Position numbers and translations under genes: made by a program
Notes under the pieces: model-generated
What the model saw: only the letters and a program-made list of their open reading frames with translations
Told to the model about the DNA's origin: nothing
Database searches by the model: none
In this document: piece by piece, positions 8,930 through 17,017 of the stretch
How positions within the stretch are numbered: position 1 is the stretch's first letter
Layout of the letters: every line of letters starts with the position of its first letter
NCBI GenBank assembly: GCA_045863235.1
Contig: BTUM01000007.1
Span: 84,335 to 148,334 of the forward strand
Reading direction: 5' to 3'
DNA length: 64,000 nt
Origin: Candidatus Xenobia bacterium
Lineage (GTDB): Bacteria > Vulcanimicrobiota > Xenobia > Xenobiales > QWHO01

Positions 8930-8949
8930 AGCATTCTCGCCAGGCTTCT
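8918..8949 (-). terminator. Intrinsic terminator-like hairpin after the 91-aa gene
   Basis: 14-bp stem AGAAGCCTGGCGAG/CTCGTCAGGCTTCT (one G-U pair), 4-nt loop, short U-rich tail on the minus strand. Confidence 0.6.
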
Positions 8950-8968
8950 CGAGGGTGCTACGCGTGGA

Positions 8969-9244
8969 TCAGCCGCGCTGGTTCTGACCGTTGGAGCAGC
9001 AGACGCTGAAGACTACCAGGGCGCAGACACCGGCGGCCACCAGGGTGAGGAAGTCGGTCTCCATGTTGGCGGCCTTGCTGTTGGGCGCGGCGGTTTCGGC
9101 GTAAGCGACCTTGGGGGAGACGGCTTCGTCCGAGACGCTGCCGGCGTAGCCGTCCTGGCTGCCGGACGCGGCCTGCGGCTGGGAGCCGGAGGCGCGGGTC
9201 GCCTGGGTGTAGCCGGCGACGGCGGGGTTGATGGTGCTGATCAT
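8969..9244 (-). CDS. Small hypothetical protein with S/A/Q-rich N-terminus and C-terminal TM helix
   Basis: GGGAGG Shine-Dalgarno 6 nt before ATG, GC-rich third positions, own promoter motif and terminator; hydrophobic FLTLVAAGVCALVVFSVCC. Confidence 0.8.
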   Translation of the reverse strand: MISTINPAVAGYTQATRASGSQPQAASGSQDGYAGSVSDEAVSPKVAYAETAAPNSKAANMETDFLTLVAAGVCALVVFSVCCSNGQNQRG

Positions 9245-9297
9245 GGTGGTCCTCCCGTGTTTGTGATTTGGTCCCTTGTCTGTGACGATTTGCGTCG

Positions 9298-9330
9298 AGA
9301 CTACCCAGGTGGCCTGAAAATCTTCTGAAG
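9298..9330 (-). promoter_or_regulatory. Putative regulated promoter: direct repeat + N10 + -10 box
   Basis: Minus strand: cttcag-aagat-tttcag-N10-TAGTCT; the clearest copy of the motif. Confidence 0.65.
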
Positions 9331-9370
9331 CGGCAGGAACCGTGCGCTCGGCCGCACAGAATCAGACCGC

Positions 9371-10276
9371 ATGGCACGTATTGCTCGCAAAGGACGCGAC
9401 GGGGCGCTCTATATCGGCTACCGAGAAGAAGACGGCGGGATCTTGATCCCCGACGAGCGCATGAAGGGGCCGGCCGGCAGCACGCGCACCGGGGATATCG
9501 TGGGCCACGAGTTTCGCTCGGAGATTCTCGGCGATGAGCGCATCATCATGGTCTATCGGCCGCCCGGCTATTCGCCCATGAATCCCTGGCGCTACCCGGT
9601 GCTCTACCTCAACGACGGACAGAACATGTTCGATGCCGCCACTTCGGCCTTCGGTGTCGAATGGCAGGTGGACGAGACGCTCGAGCGCCTCATCTCTGAG
9701 CGAGCCATTCAGCCGATTCTGGCGGTAGCGGTCTACAACTCGGCGGAGCGTTTCGACGAATACACCCCCGCGCCCGATCCCGAGCATGGGGGCGGTGGAG
9801 CCGACCGCTACGGGATGTTCCTGGCCAACGAGTTGCAGCCATTCATCAACCGCGAGTATCGCACCAACACCGATCAGACCGCCTTGATGGGCTCCAGCCT
9901 GGGGGGTCTTTGCTCATTGTACCTGGGCTGGCAGTATCCGCGTTGCTTCAACCTGGTGGCCGCCCTCTCGCCCTCCCTCTGGTGGGCAGGGCGGGAGCTG
10001 ACCAGAGCCATTGCCGAGTCTCCCCGCACGTGTGACGACGGGCCGGAGAAGATCTGGCTCGACATGGGAACGAAGGAAGACAAGGACGACGACCTGATCG
10101 CTGACATTCGCGCCCTGCGCAAGGTTCTGGTGAGCAAGGGATACGTGGTGGGGGAGAACCTGTTTTATCGCGAGGTCAAGGGGGCCTATCACACCGAGTC
10201 TTCCTGGGCCAAGCGGGTGGGGGACGTCTTGCAGGCGTTGTTCCCTCCCGGTCGAGGCTACTTTACGGCCGACTGA
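9371..10276 (+). CDS. Alpha/beta-hydrolase, putative esterase family
   Basis: YPVLYLNDGQN, nucleophile elbow MGSSLGG, SPSLWW, DMGTKE, HTESSW. Confidence 0.9.
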   Translation: MARIARKGRDGALYIGYREEDGGILIPDERMKGPAGSTRTGDIVGHEFRSEILGDERIIMVYRPPGYSPMNPWRYPVLYLNDGQNMFDAATSAFGVEWQVDETLERLISERAIQPILAVAVYNSAERFDEYTPAPDPEHGGGGADRYGMFLANELQPFINREYRTNTDQTALMGSSLGGLCSLYLGWQYPRCFNLVAALSPSLWWAGRELTRAIAESPRTCDDGPEKIWLDMGTKEDKDDDLIADIRALRKVLVSKGYVVGENLFYREVKGAYHTESSWAKRVGDVLQALFPPGRGYFTAD

Positions 10277-10365
10277 CCTGCGTTTTCAATTTCGTGGTGG
10301 CTGTCTGGAAGGAGTCCCCCTCGGATGCCGAATCATGCGGCTGGATTTTTTTTCAAGGAGCTTCG

Positions 10366-11733
10366 ATGCGTTTAAGAACCAGCCTCTACTTGCTAGCTTT
10401 GCTCTTCCTGTTCGGCTGTTCCGGCGGGGGGTCGAGTTCCGCCGGCGGCGGCGTGCCCGCCCCGCCTCCAGGCCCCCAGCTGGTGAGCATGAAACTCGAT
10501 GTCGAGGTCCTCGACCAGGCTCAGCGGTCCATCCAGGGCCGTTCGGGGGTCATCGAGGTGGTCGCCGAGGTGGTGGACCGCAATACTCTCGATACCGGCA
10601 CTCTCAGCGGCCGCAAGGTCATCTCGCGAGGGGCGGCCACGGTGGGGGACACCGACCGAGTCGTCAAGATCTTGCTGGACATCATTCCGGGCATCTGGGA
10701 TATCTACATCTTCGGCCTGGACTCCGAGGGCAAGGTGGTGGCACTTTCCACCATCGATCAGCTGACCATCACTCCGGGAGTGGTGCTCGAGCAGCGGGTC
10801 AGCCTGCAGTCCCAGAGTCGCTCGGTGTTCGTCAATCCGTCCAATGCGGCTATCCAGGTCGGACAGCAGCAGCAATTCTCCGCCCTCGTCTTCCTCCCCA
10901 CCGGGAACAGCACCAGCGTGAACTGGGCCTCGGACAACCCGGCCGTCGCTACGGTAGACGCTAACGGCCTGGCGACCGGGTTGGCGGCCGGTGTCACCAC
11001 CATCCGGGCGACTTCCACGGTGGACAACAGCCTGCAGGGCTCCGCCCAATTGACCGTGGCTGCCGACAACAATGCCCGCCTTGTTGGCCTTTACACCGTG
11101 GCCCTGGCGGGAACGAGCGCGGACGGCCTGGATGTCTTCTCGGTTCTGTCCAACCTGAATTTGGACGGAGCGGGAGGAGTTACTGATGCCGGCTCCGGTC
11201 TCTTCGAGGATGGAGTGCCCGGTCTGCAGCCAGTGACTCTGGGCCTCGTGCAGTACAGCGTCGCCAATGACGGGACGGTCACCTTTACCGGGAATGCCAC
11301 CGCCAGTACCGGCGTGGGCCCCCTCTCGGCGGACAATCTGACCATTCCTCTGACCTTCGCGGGACCGGCGGGGAGCGGCGAGGGGTTTGCCGTTCGCCAG
11401 GAGGCGGGCGGGGTGACCCCTGCCTCCATCGCAGGGAACTGGACGGGGGCGCTTCTGAGGAGTACGGGGGTTCCGTTCGCGCCCGGTACCACGGCGACCG
11501 TGACGATCAATGGCAATGGCACGCTCAGTGGAGCCATTCAGGAGCCTGGCCTGCCCGACGTGACCTTTGCCGGAAACTTCACCGTGACCGCAACTGGCCT
11601 GCTGCAGGCAAACGTGGTCGATGGCTTCGGAGATCCCATCGTCATCAACGGCCAGGTCGGGGCCAACCAGACCCGGATCGTCATCATCGGTCAGGACAGC
11701 TTGAATACAAGCTTTGCCGCCGTGCTTCAGTAG
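10366..11733 (+). CDS. Surface lipoprotein with Big_2 (Ig-like) domain and two beta-rich C-terminal repeats
   Basis: AAGGAG SD before ATG 10366; lipobox LFGC; Big_2 motif VNWASDNPAVATVDANGLATG; repeats starting LVGLY and IAGNW. Confidence 0.85.
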   Translation: MRLRTSLYLLALLFLFGCSGGGSSSAGGGVPAPPPGPQLVSMKLDVEVLDQAQRSIQGRSGVIEVVAEVVDRNTLDTGTLSGRKVISRGAATVGDTDRVVKILLDIIPGIWDIYIFGLDSEGKVVALSTIDQLTITPGVVLEQRVSLQSQSRSVFVNPSNAAIQVGQQQQFSALVFLPTGNSTSVNWASDNPAVATVDANGLATGLAAGVTTIRATSTVDNSLQGSAQLTVAADNNARLVGLYTVALAGTSADGLDVFSVLSNLNLDGAGGVTDAGSGLFEDGVPGLQPVTLGLVQYSVANDGTVTFTGNATASTGVGPLSADNLTIPLTFAGPAGSGEGFAVRQEAGGVTPASIAGNWTGALLRSTGVPFAPGTTATVTINGNGTLSGAIQEPGLPDVTFAGNFTVTATGLLQANVVDGFGDPIVINGQVGANQTRIVIIGQDSLNTSFAAVLQ

Positions 11734-11741
11734 CTCGTTCT

Positions 11742-11832
11742 CTGCGTTCGAGCCAGTCCGACTGGCTTGAACGCAGGGTCGTTCGTCTCAGTCAAGCCAG
11801 TCACAGGCTCTCTGCTTGTGCTGGCTTGACTG
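11742..11832. repeat. Two adjacent long hairpins sharing the core TCRAGCCAG/CTGGCTTGA (REP-like)
   Basis: 11742-11776: 16-bp stem, 3-nt loop. 11789-11832: perfect 12-bp outer IR CAGTCAAGCCAG/CTGGCTTGACTG plus an inner stem. Confidence 0.75.
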
Positions 11833-11904
11833 CGTGTTGGGCTGGAAAAGGAGTTTGCCCTGAATGCCGAATCATGGGGCTGGATTTTTTTTCAAGGAGC
11901 TCTG

Positions 11905-13866
11905 ATGCGTTTAAGAACCAGCCTTTACTTGCTAGCTCTGCTCTTCCTGTTCGGCTGTTCCGGCGGGGGGGCGAGTTCTGCCGGCGGTGGTGTGCCTGCC
12001 CCCCCTCCAGGCCCTCAGTTCGTGAGCATGCGACTCGATGTCGCGGTGCCCGATCTGGCCCAGCGGGCCGTTCAGAGCCGCTCGCAGATCTTCGAAGTGG
12101 TGGTCGAGGTCGTTGATCGGAATTCGCTCGACCCGGGCACCCTCAGCGGCCGGAAGATCATCTCTCGCGGGGCGGCCTCGGTGGGTGAAACCGACCGGAC
12201 TGTGAAGGTTCTCCTGGATGTGATTCCGGGGATCTGGGACATCTACATTTTCGGCCTGGATTCGCAGGGCAAAGTGGCGGCCCTCTCGACCATCGACCAG
12301 CTCGCGATCGTCGCGGGCGCCGTCATTGAGCGGAAGGTCAACCTTCAACAGGTGAACCAGGGAGTCTTCGTGACTCCCACCAGTGCGGCGGTTCCTGTCG
12401 GCGGGCAGGCTCAATTTTCAGCCGTGGTCTTCCTGCCGACCGGGACCAGCACCAGTGTCAACTGGGTTTCTGATAATCCCGCAGTGGCCGGCGTTGACGC
12501 CAACGGCTTGGCGACCGGTTTGTCTCCGGGTCAGGCTCTTATCCGGGCGATTTCCACCGTGGACAGCACCCTCCAGGGGACCGGGGTCCTGAATGTGACA
12601 CCGCCCAATGTCACCGTGCAGTCGGTCACGCTCACTTTCAACCCCGGCTCCCCGGTGCGGCTTGGCCAGGCGGGTCTGCAGTTCAGCGCAGTTGCGAGTT
12701 TTAGCGATGGCACAAGCCAGGCTATTACACCGGACCAGTTCGTCAGCAGCGATCCGACGGTGCTATCCGTGGATTCGGCCGGAGCGGCTCAGGCTCTGGA
12801 CGTGGGCACGAGTGACGTGACGGCGGACTTCATGGGCGTGACGAGCGCACCGGTGACCGTGGACGTCGAGGCAAGCCGGGTCATCGTCGTGGAGTCCGAG
12901 CTCATCCAGCCCGACGAGATTTTCTCCTATCTTCTCGATGAGGGGACGGGCAGTCTCGTCCAGGTTGATGTCGAGACAGTCCCGGGCGGAGTCGGGGCTG
13001 GAATGGGCGGAGATCCTGACAGCGATGCCGTGTTCGTCAGCCAGACCAACAACACTCTGGCGATTTACCTGGTGAGCGCACTGGGTATTCTGAACCAGTC
13101 CCAGATCATCGGTCTGGGCGGTGCTCCGACGCTTGTGCCCGCCACCGGCGCGGGAGGCTTCCTCTACCTCGCCGACAACAACCCGACTCCCCCTGATCTT
13201 CGCACCTTTGCCTTTGACGGTGTGCTCTACAACCTGGTCGGCCTCTCAAGTCCTGCTGGCGTTGCCGAGGTCCAGGTGATGGCCGCCAAGAACGGGATTC
13301 CAGCACTCTACCTGGCAGATTTCCTCGGGAATCTGTTGAACGGCCTGGTGCTGACCGGCTCCATTCCGGATGCGGTCGGAACCCAGGTGGGCGGCTCTCC
13401 CCAGGCGCTCGGCACTTCGCCTGCTCGCCTCGAGATTCACCCCAGCAACAACTTCCTGGTGGTCGGTCGTACCGCTCATCTCGATGTCTTCCCCATCGAT
13501 GCTGCCGGCAACATCACCGGGCCCGCCATCAGCACCCAGGTGACGGCCGGGACGGCTTTCACCGCCCTGGCCATTCACCCGAGCGGGAACTTCGTGGCCG
13601 CCTGCACCCAGCAGGCCGGGGGAGTGATCGAGATCTTCCCGATCAACGCTTCGGGCATCCTGTCGCCGGCGGTGGCTACCATTCCCTCATCCGGCTCGCA
13701 GATCTTTGGCCTCGGTTTCAACGCCACCGGGACCTTCCTGATCTATCCGGAGCTGACCAACAATCAGGTGGTGGTCCAGCGGTTCGATCCGAATACCGGT
13801 GCCGTGACCCCCGCCACCACCAGCGGCGGGATCAACCGGCCCTTCGAGATGTTCATCTTCCCCTGA
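11905..13866 (+). CDS. Surface lipoprotein with two Big_2 domains and a C-terminal lactonase-like beta-propeller; paralog of 10366..11733
   Basis: Near-identical signal peptide/lipobox and conserved first ~230 aa; second Ig domain FVSSDPTVLSVDSAG; propeller blades IHPSNNFL, IHPSGNFV, FNATGTFL. Confidence 0.85.
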   Translation: MRLRTSLYLLALLFLFGCSGGGASSAGGGVPAPPPGPQFVSMRLDVAVPDLAQRAVQSRSQIFEVVVEVVDRNSLDPGTLSGRKIISRGAASVGETDRTVKVLLDVIPGIWDIYIFGLDSQGKVAALSTIDQLAIVAGAVIERKVNLQQVNQGVFVTPTSAAVPVGGQAQFSAVVFLPTGTSTSVNWVSDNPAVAGVDANGLATGLSPGQALIRAISTVDSTLQGTGVLNVTPPNVTVQSVTLTFNPGSPVRLGQAGLQFSAVASFSDGTSQAITPDQFVSSDPTVLSVDSAGAAQALDVGTSDVTADFMGVTSAPVTVDVEASRVIVVESELIQPDEIFSYLLDEGTGSLVQVDVETVPGGVGAGMGGDPDSDAVFVSQTNNTLAIYLVSALGILNQSQIIGLGGAPTLVPATGAGGFLYLADNNPTPPDLRTFAFDGVLYNLVGLSSPAGVAEVQVMAAKNGIPALYLADFLGNLLNGLVLTGSIPDAVGTQVGGSPQALGTSPARLEIHPSNNFLVVGRTAHLDVFPIDAAGNITGPAISTQVTAGTAFTALAIHPSGNFVAACTQQAGGVIEIFPINASGILSPAVATIPSSGSQIFGLGFNATGTFLIYPELTNNQVVVQRFDPNTGAVTPATTSGGINRPFEMFIFP

Positions 13867-13885
13867 CACTCGACGGTAGACCAGC

Positions 13886-13920
13886 AAGAAGGCGCGGAGC
13901 CGAAGCATCCGCGCCTTCTT
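13886..13920 (+). terminator. Intrinsic terminator
   Basis: AAGAAGGCGCGGA...TCCGCGCCTTCTT 13-bp stem, 19 nt after the stop. Confidence 0.75.
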
Positions 13921-13985
13921 CTGTTGAGGACGAACATACTTTTGAAAGGGATTCAACCAGCTCGGGCGTAATTGAAGAACATCCT

Positions 13986-15701
13986 ATGCTCTCCATTTCC
14001 GCAAGTGCCGAGTTTCGTCTGGCCGCCGCGGCCGATCTGCCGGCCGAGCTGGCTCGACTGCCTGAGGGTGCCACCGCCGTGCTCGCGCCCGGTCGCTACC
14101 GGCTCGGTGAGCTGACGCTCAAGCGCAACCTGCGATTGGTGGGTGCCGGGCTGGAGCGCACGGTATTGGAGGGGTCCCTGCGTCTCGAGCAGGGGCAATT
14201 CGGGCTGCTCGACCTCACCGTGGGGAAACTGCAGGCTCTCGACTGCCAGCTCGAGATAGAGCGCTGTCGGCTGCCGGGTATGGCCCTCGAGGGTGAGACC
14301 AGCGCCCGGGTGCGCTTCTGCCAGTGCGAGGGAGAAGAGGTGGGCATCCGGGTGGGCGGAACCGCTCGGGCCGAGCTGGAGAGCAATCGTTGCTGTCAGT
14401 GTGCCCTGTACGGCATTCTCTTTCAGGACGAGAGCAGCGGGCGGGCGGTTCAAAACGATTGCTCCGGCAACCAGGTGGGTATCGGCGTGATGGGGCAGGC
14501 CGCTGCGGAGCTTCTTGGTAACCACTGCAGCCAGAACGAGTCGGCCGGCATTGCCTACCATCAGGAGGGCGGTGGTTTGGCTCGCAACAATGACTGCGAG
14601 GACAACGGCCACCATGGCATCGCTGTGGCCGGTCAGGCGGCCCCCCGTTTGCAGGGAAACTCCTGCTGTCACAACGGCTTCTGCGGCATCGACTACAGCG
14701 GCCAGGCCTCCGGCAGCGCCGAGAGCAACACTTGTTACGGCAACCAGGCCTATGGCATTCAGGTAGGGGAGACCTCGGAACCGCGCTTGCTGGCCAATAG
14801 TTGCTCGGAGAATGCTCAGGCCGGGCTGGCCTACTTTGGCCGCGGCCAGGGCTCGGCCGACCGGAATCAGTGCGCTCGCAATCAGTTGCATGGCATCCAG
14901 GTGGGTGAGGAGGCTGCTCCCGCCCTACGGAGCAACATCTGCAGCCAGAACTTGCTCTCCGGGCTGGCCTACTATGGCAAGAGCGGCGGCCAGGCCGGGC
15001 AGAACGAGCTCCACGACAACCAGTACCATGGCCTGCAGGTTTGCGAGCAGGCTCGTCCCGTGCTATGCGACAACGTGTGCCGGGCCAATGTCATGTCGGG
15101 GATCGCCTGTTTTGGCGAATCGCAGCCTGTGCTGGTGCGCAATCAGTGCCTCCACAATCAGCTGCACGGTCTCTACGTGGGCGAGCAGGCCGTTCCGGTG
15201 GCCCATGCCAACCTGGCCCACGAGAACCAGGGCAACGGTTTGCTGTTCACCGAGGAGGCGGCTGGCCTGGCCACCCACAATCAGGCTGATGCCAACGGCC
15301 GCCATGGACTCTACCTGGGCCATCGGGCCACTCCCTTCGCGCGCGAGAACCTCTGCCGGCGCAACTTGCTGTCGGACGTTGTGACCCTGGGCCAGGTCGA
15401 CCCCGTGGTCAGCGTGGCGCCCGTGCGACGTCACCGGCTGACCCTCGAGTCCGAGGGCGGTTCCTTCGAGCTGGCCCTGCCCTTCGAGCTGAAGCCCACC
15501 GAGCGGGCGGTGCTCGAGCACCTGGCCCGCTACGGCCGCATGAGCGAGGCGGCCCTGGGCAAGGCGGTGGGCACCCGGCGCATCGGGGGGCTCTTAGAGA
15601 GCCTGGTGGAGCGCCTGAACCGGGCTGGATTTCTGGCTCTGGGCCGTGAGGGGGACGGCCCGGAGGGCAATGTCTATGAGCTGAGGAGAGACCGACTGTG
15701 A
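13986..15701 (+). CDS. Right-handed parallel beta-helix repeat protein with C-terminal winged-helix-like domain
   Basis: About 15 repeats of ~23 aa (N-x-C-x-x-N-x-x-x-G-I/L); C-terminal LKPTERAVLEHLARYGRMSEAALGKAVGTRRIGGLLESLVERLN; no signal peptide. Confidence 0.85.
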   Translation: MLSISASAEFRLAAAADLPAELARLPEGATAVLAPGRYRLGELTLKRNLRLVGAGLERTVLEGSLRLEQGQFGLLDLTVGKLQALDCQLEIERCRLPGMALEGETSARVRFCQCEGEEVGIRVGGTARAELESNRCCQCALYGILFQDESSGRAVQNDCSGNQVGIGVMGQAAAELLGNHCSQNESAGIAYHQEGGGLARNNDCEDNGHHGIAVAGQAAPRLQGNSCCHNGFCGIDYSGQASGSAESNTCYGNQAYGIQVGETSEPRLLANSCSENAQAGLAYFGRGQGSADRNQCARNQLHGIQVGEEAAPALRSNICSQNLLSGLAYYGKSGGQAGQNELHDNQYHGLQVCEQARPVLCDNVCRANVMSGIACFGESQPVLVRNQCLHNQLHGLYVGEQAVPVAHANLAHENQGNGLLFTEEAAGLATHNQADANGRHGLYLGHRATPFARENLCRRNLLSDVVTLGQVDPVVSVAPVRRHRLTLESEGGSFELALPFELKPTERAVLEHLARYGRMSEAALGKAVGTRRIGGLLESLVERLNRAGFLALGREGDGPEGNVYELRRDRL

Positions 15702-17017
15702 ACCAAAACCCCCAAGTCCTCGACCGGGCCGTCGCCCTGGGAATCGTCAACGCCCTGCGCTCGGGAACCGTTCCCCCTGAAGGGCTCGAGCACTTTGCCG
15801 TGGGGCTGGACGCCCCGATGAAAGCCCTGTCCGAGCAGCGGGCCTACGTCAAGCAGGGCAAGAGCGCCTACAAGTTCATCCGGGGAAGCTACGGGTCGGG
15901 CAAGACTTTCTTGACCAGCCTGGCCGGTGCCCAGGCCCTGCAGGATGGCTTTTTGACCAGTAAAGTGGTCATCTCGGTCGCGGATACGCCTTTGTATCGG
16001 CTGAGCGAAGTCTATCGTCGTCTGTGCCAGAACCTGACCCTGCCCGGTCGCAGGGGTGGGGCCCTGCAAAGCCTGCTCGACCGCTGGCTCTACGGCCTGG
16101 AGGAGCAGGTCATCGAGGTGGACGGCGTGGACGAGAATGCACCCGAGTTCGAAGCCGCCGTGGGCCAGAAAGTGGAGCAGCACCTGGTGGCCGTCGGCCA
16201 GCGGGCGGGCCGCCTGGCTGCCTGCCTGAAGGCTTACCACGAGGCCAAGTTTCGCCAGGATTTCGAGGAGGCCCGGGGCATTCTCGACTGGATGGCGGGG
16301 GAGGCCAAAGTGGGCGCGGCCATCAAGCGGGTCGCCGGGGTCACCGGGCAGATCGACAACACCGACGCCCTGGTCTTCTTGCGCGGCTGGCTCGAGCTGG
16401 TGCGGGCCGCCGGTCACGCCGGCATCCTGGTCATTCTCGACGAGGTGGAGACGGTGCTGCGCCTGCGCCGTCCCGAGCGGCTCAAGAGCCTGGAGGTGCT
16501 GCGGCAGCTGGTGGACGCCCAGGATAACCAGGAATTCCCCGGTCTACACCTGCTCATTACCGGCACGCCCGATTTCTTTGACAGCCCGCAAGGGGTGCTC
16601 GAGCTCGAGCCCCTGCACGAGCGCATCAAGGTGCTCAAAGCCCACGATCAGCCCGAGAACCTGCGCCAGCCCCAGATCCCCCTGCGGCCCTTCGATACCG
16701 CTCGGCTCTTGCTCGCGGCCCGGCGCATTCGCGAGCTGTACCCGGCCGATCACCCCGAGCGCTTGAAAGCCAGGGTGACCGATGATGTCTTCGAGGCCAT
16801 GGTCGAGCGGGTCACGCGAGGTTTCGGTGGACGGGTCGAAGTCGTGCCGCGTCTGTTCTTGCGCGAGGTCGTCAACCTGCTCGACCTGGTGGATCAGCAT
16901 GAGAGCTACGCGCCGATGCGCGACTACAGCTTCGACGAGAGCGCGGTGAAGACGCTGGCCCTGGCTCCCGAGGAGGAGGAAGCCCTCAGCGGTGCTGTGC
17001 GCGAAGTGGTGCTGTGA
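15698..17017 (+). CDS. brxD: BREX ATP-binding protein BrxD (DUF2791 P-loop ATPase)
   Basis: IVNALRSGTVP, Walker A IRGSYGSGKT, Walker B VILDEVE, FPGLHLLITGTPDFFD, NLRQPQIPLRPFD, PRLFLR; GTGA-coupled to the upstream gene. Confidence 0.88.
   Translation: MNQNPQVLDRAVALGIVNALRSGTVPPEGLEHFAVGLDAPMKALSEQRAYVKQGKSAYKFIRGSYGSGKTFLTSLAGAQALQDGFLTSKVVISVADTPLYRLSEVYRRLCQNLTLPGRRGGALQSLLDRWLYGLEEQVIEVDGVDENAPEFEAAVGQKVEQHLVAVGQRAGRLAACLKAYHEAKFRQDFEEARGILDWMAGEAKVGAAIKRVAGVTGQIDNTDALVFLRGWLELVRAAGHAGILVILDEVETVLRLRRPERLKSLEVLRQLVDAQDNQEFPGLHLLITGTPDFFDSPQGVLELEPLHERIKVLKAHDQPENLRQPQIPLRPFDTARLLLAARRIRELYPADHPERLKARVTDDVFEAMVERVTRGFGGRVEVVPRLFLREVVNLLDLVDQHESYAPMRDYSFDESAVKTLALAPEEEEALSGAVREVVL

Noticed and set aside
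13940..13972. Copy of the TTCAG-repeat promoter before the beta-helix gene
   Set aside because: ttttga-N5-attcaa-N10-cgtaat has the right spacing but too many mismatches to count.
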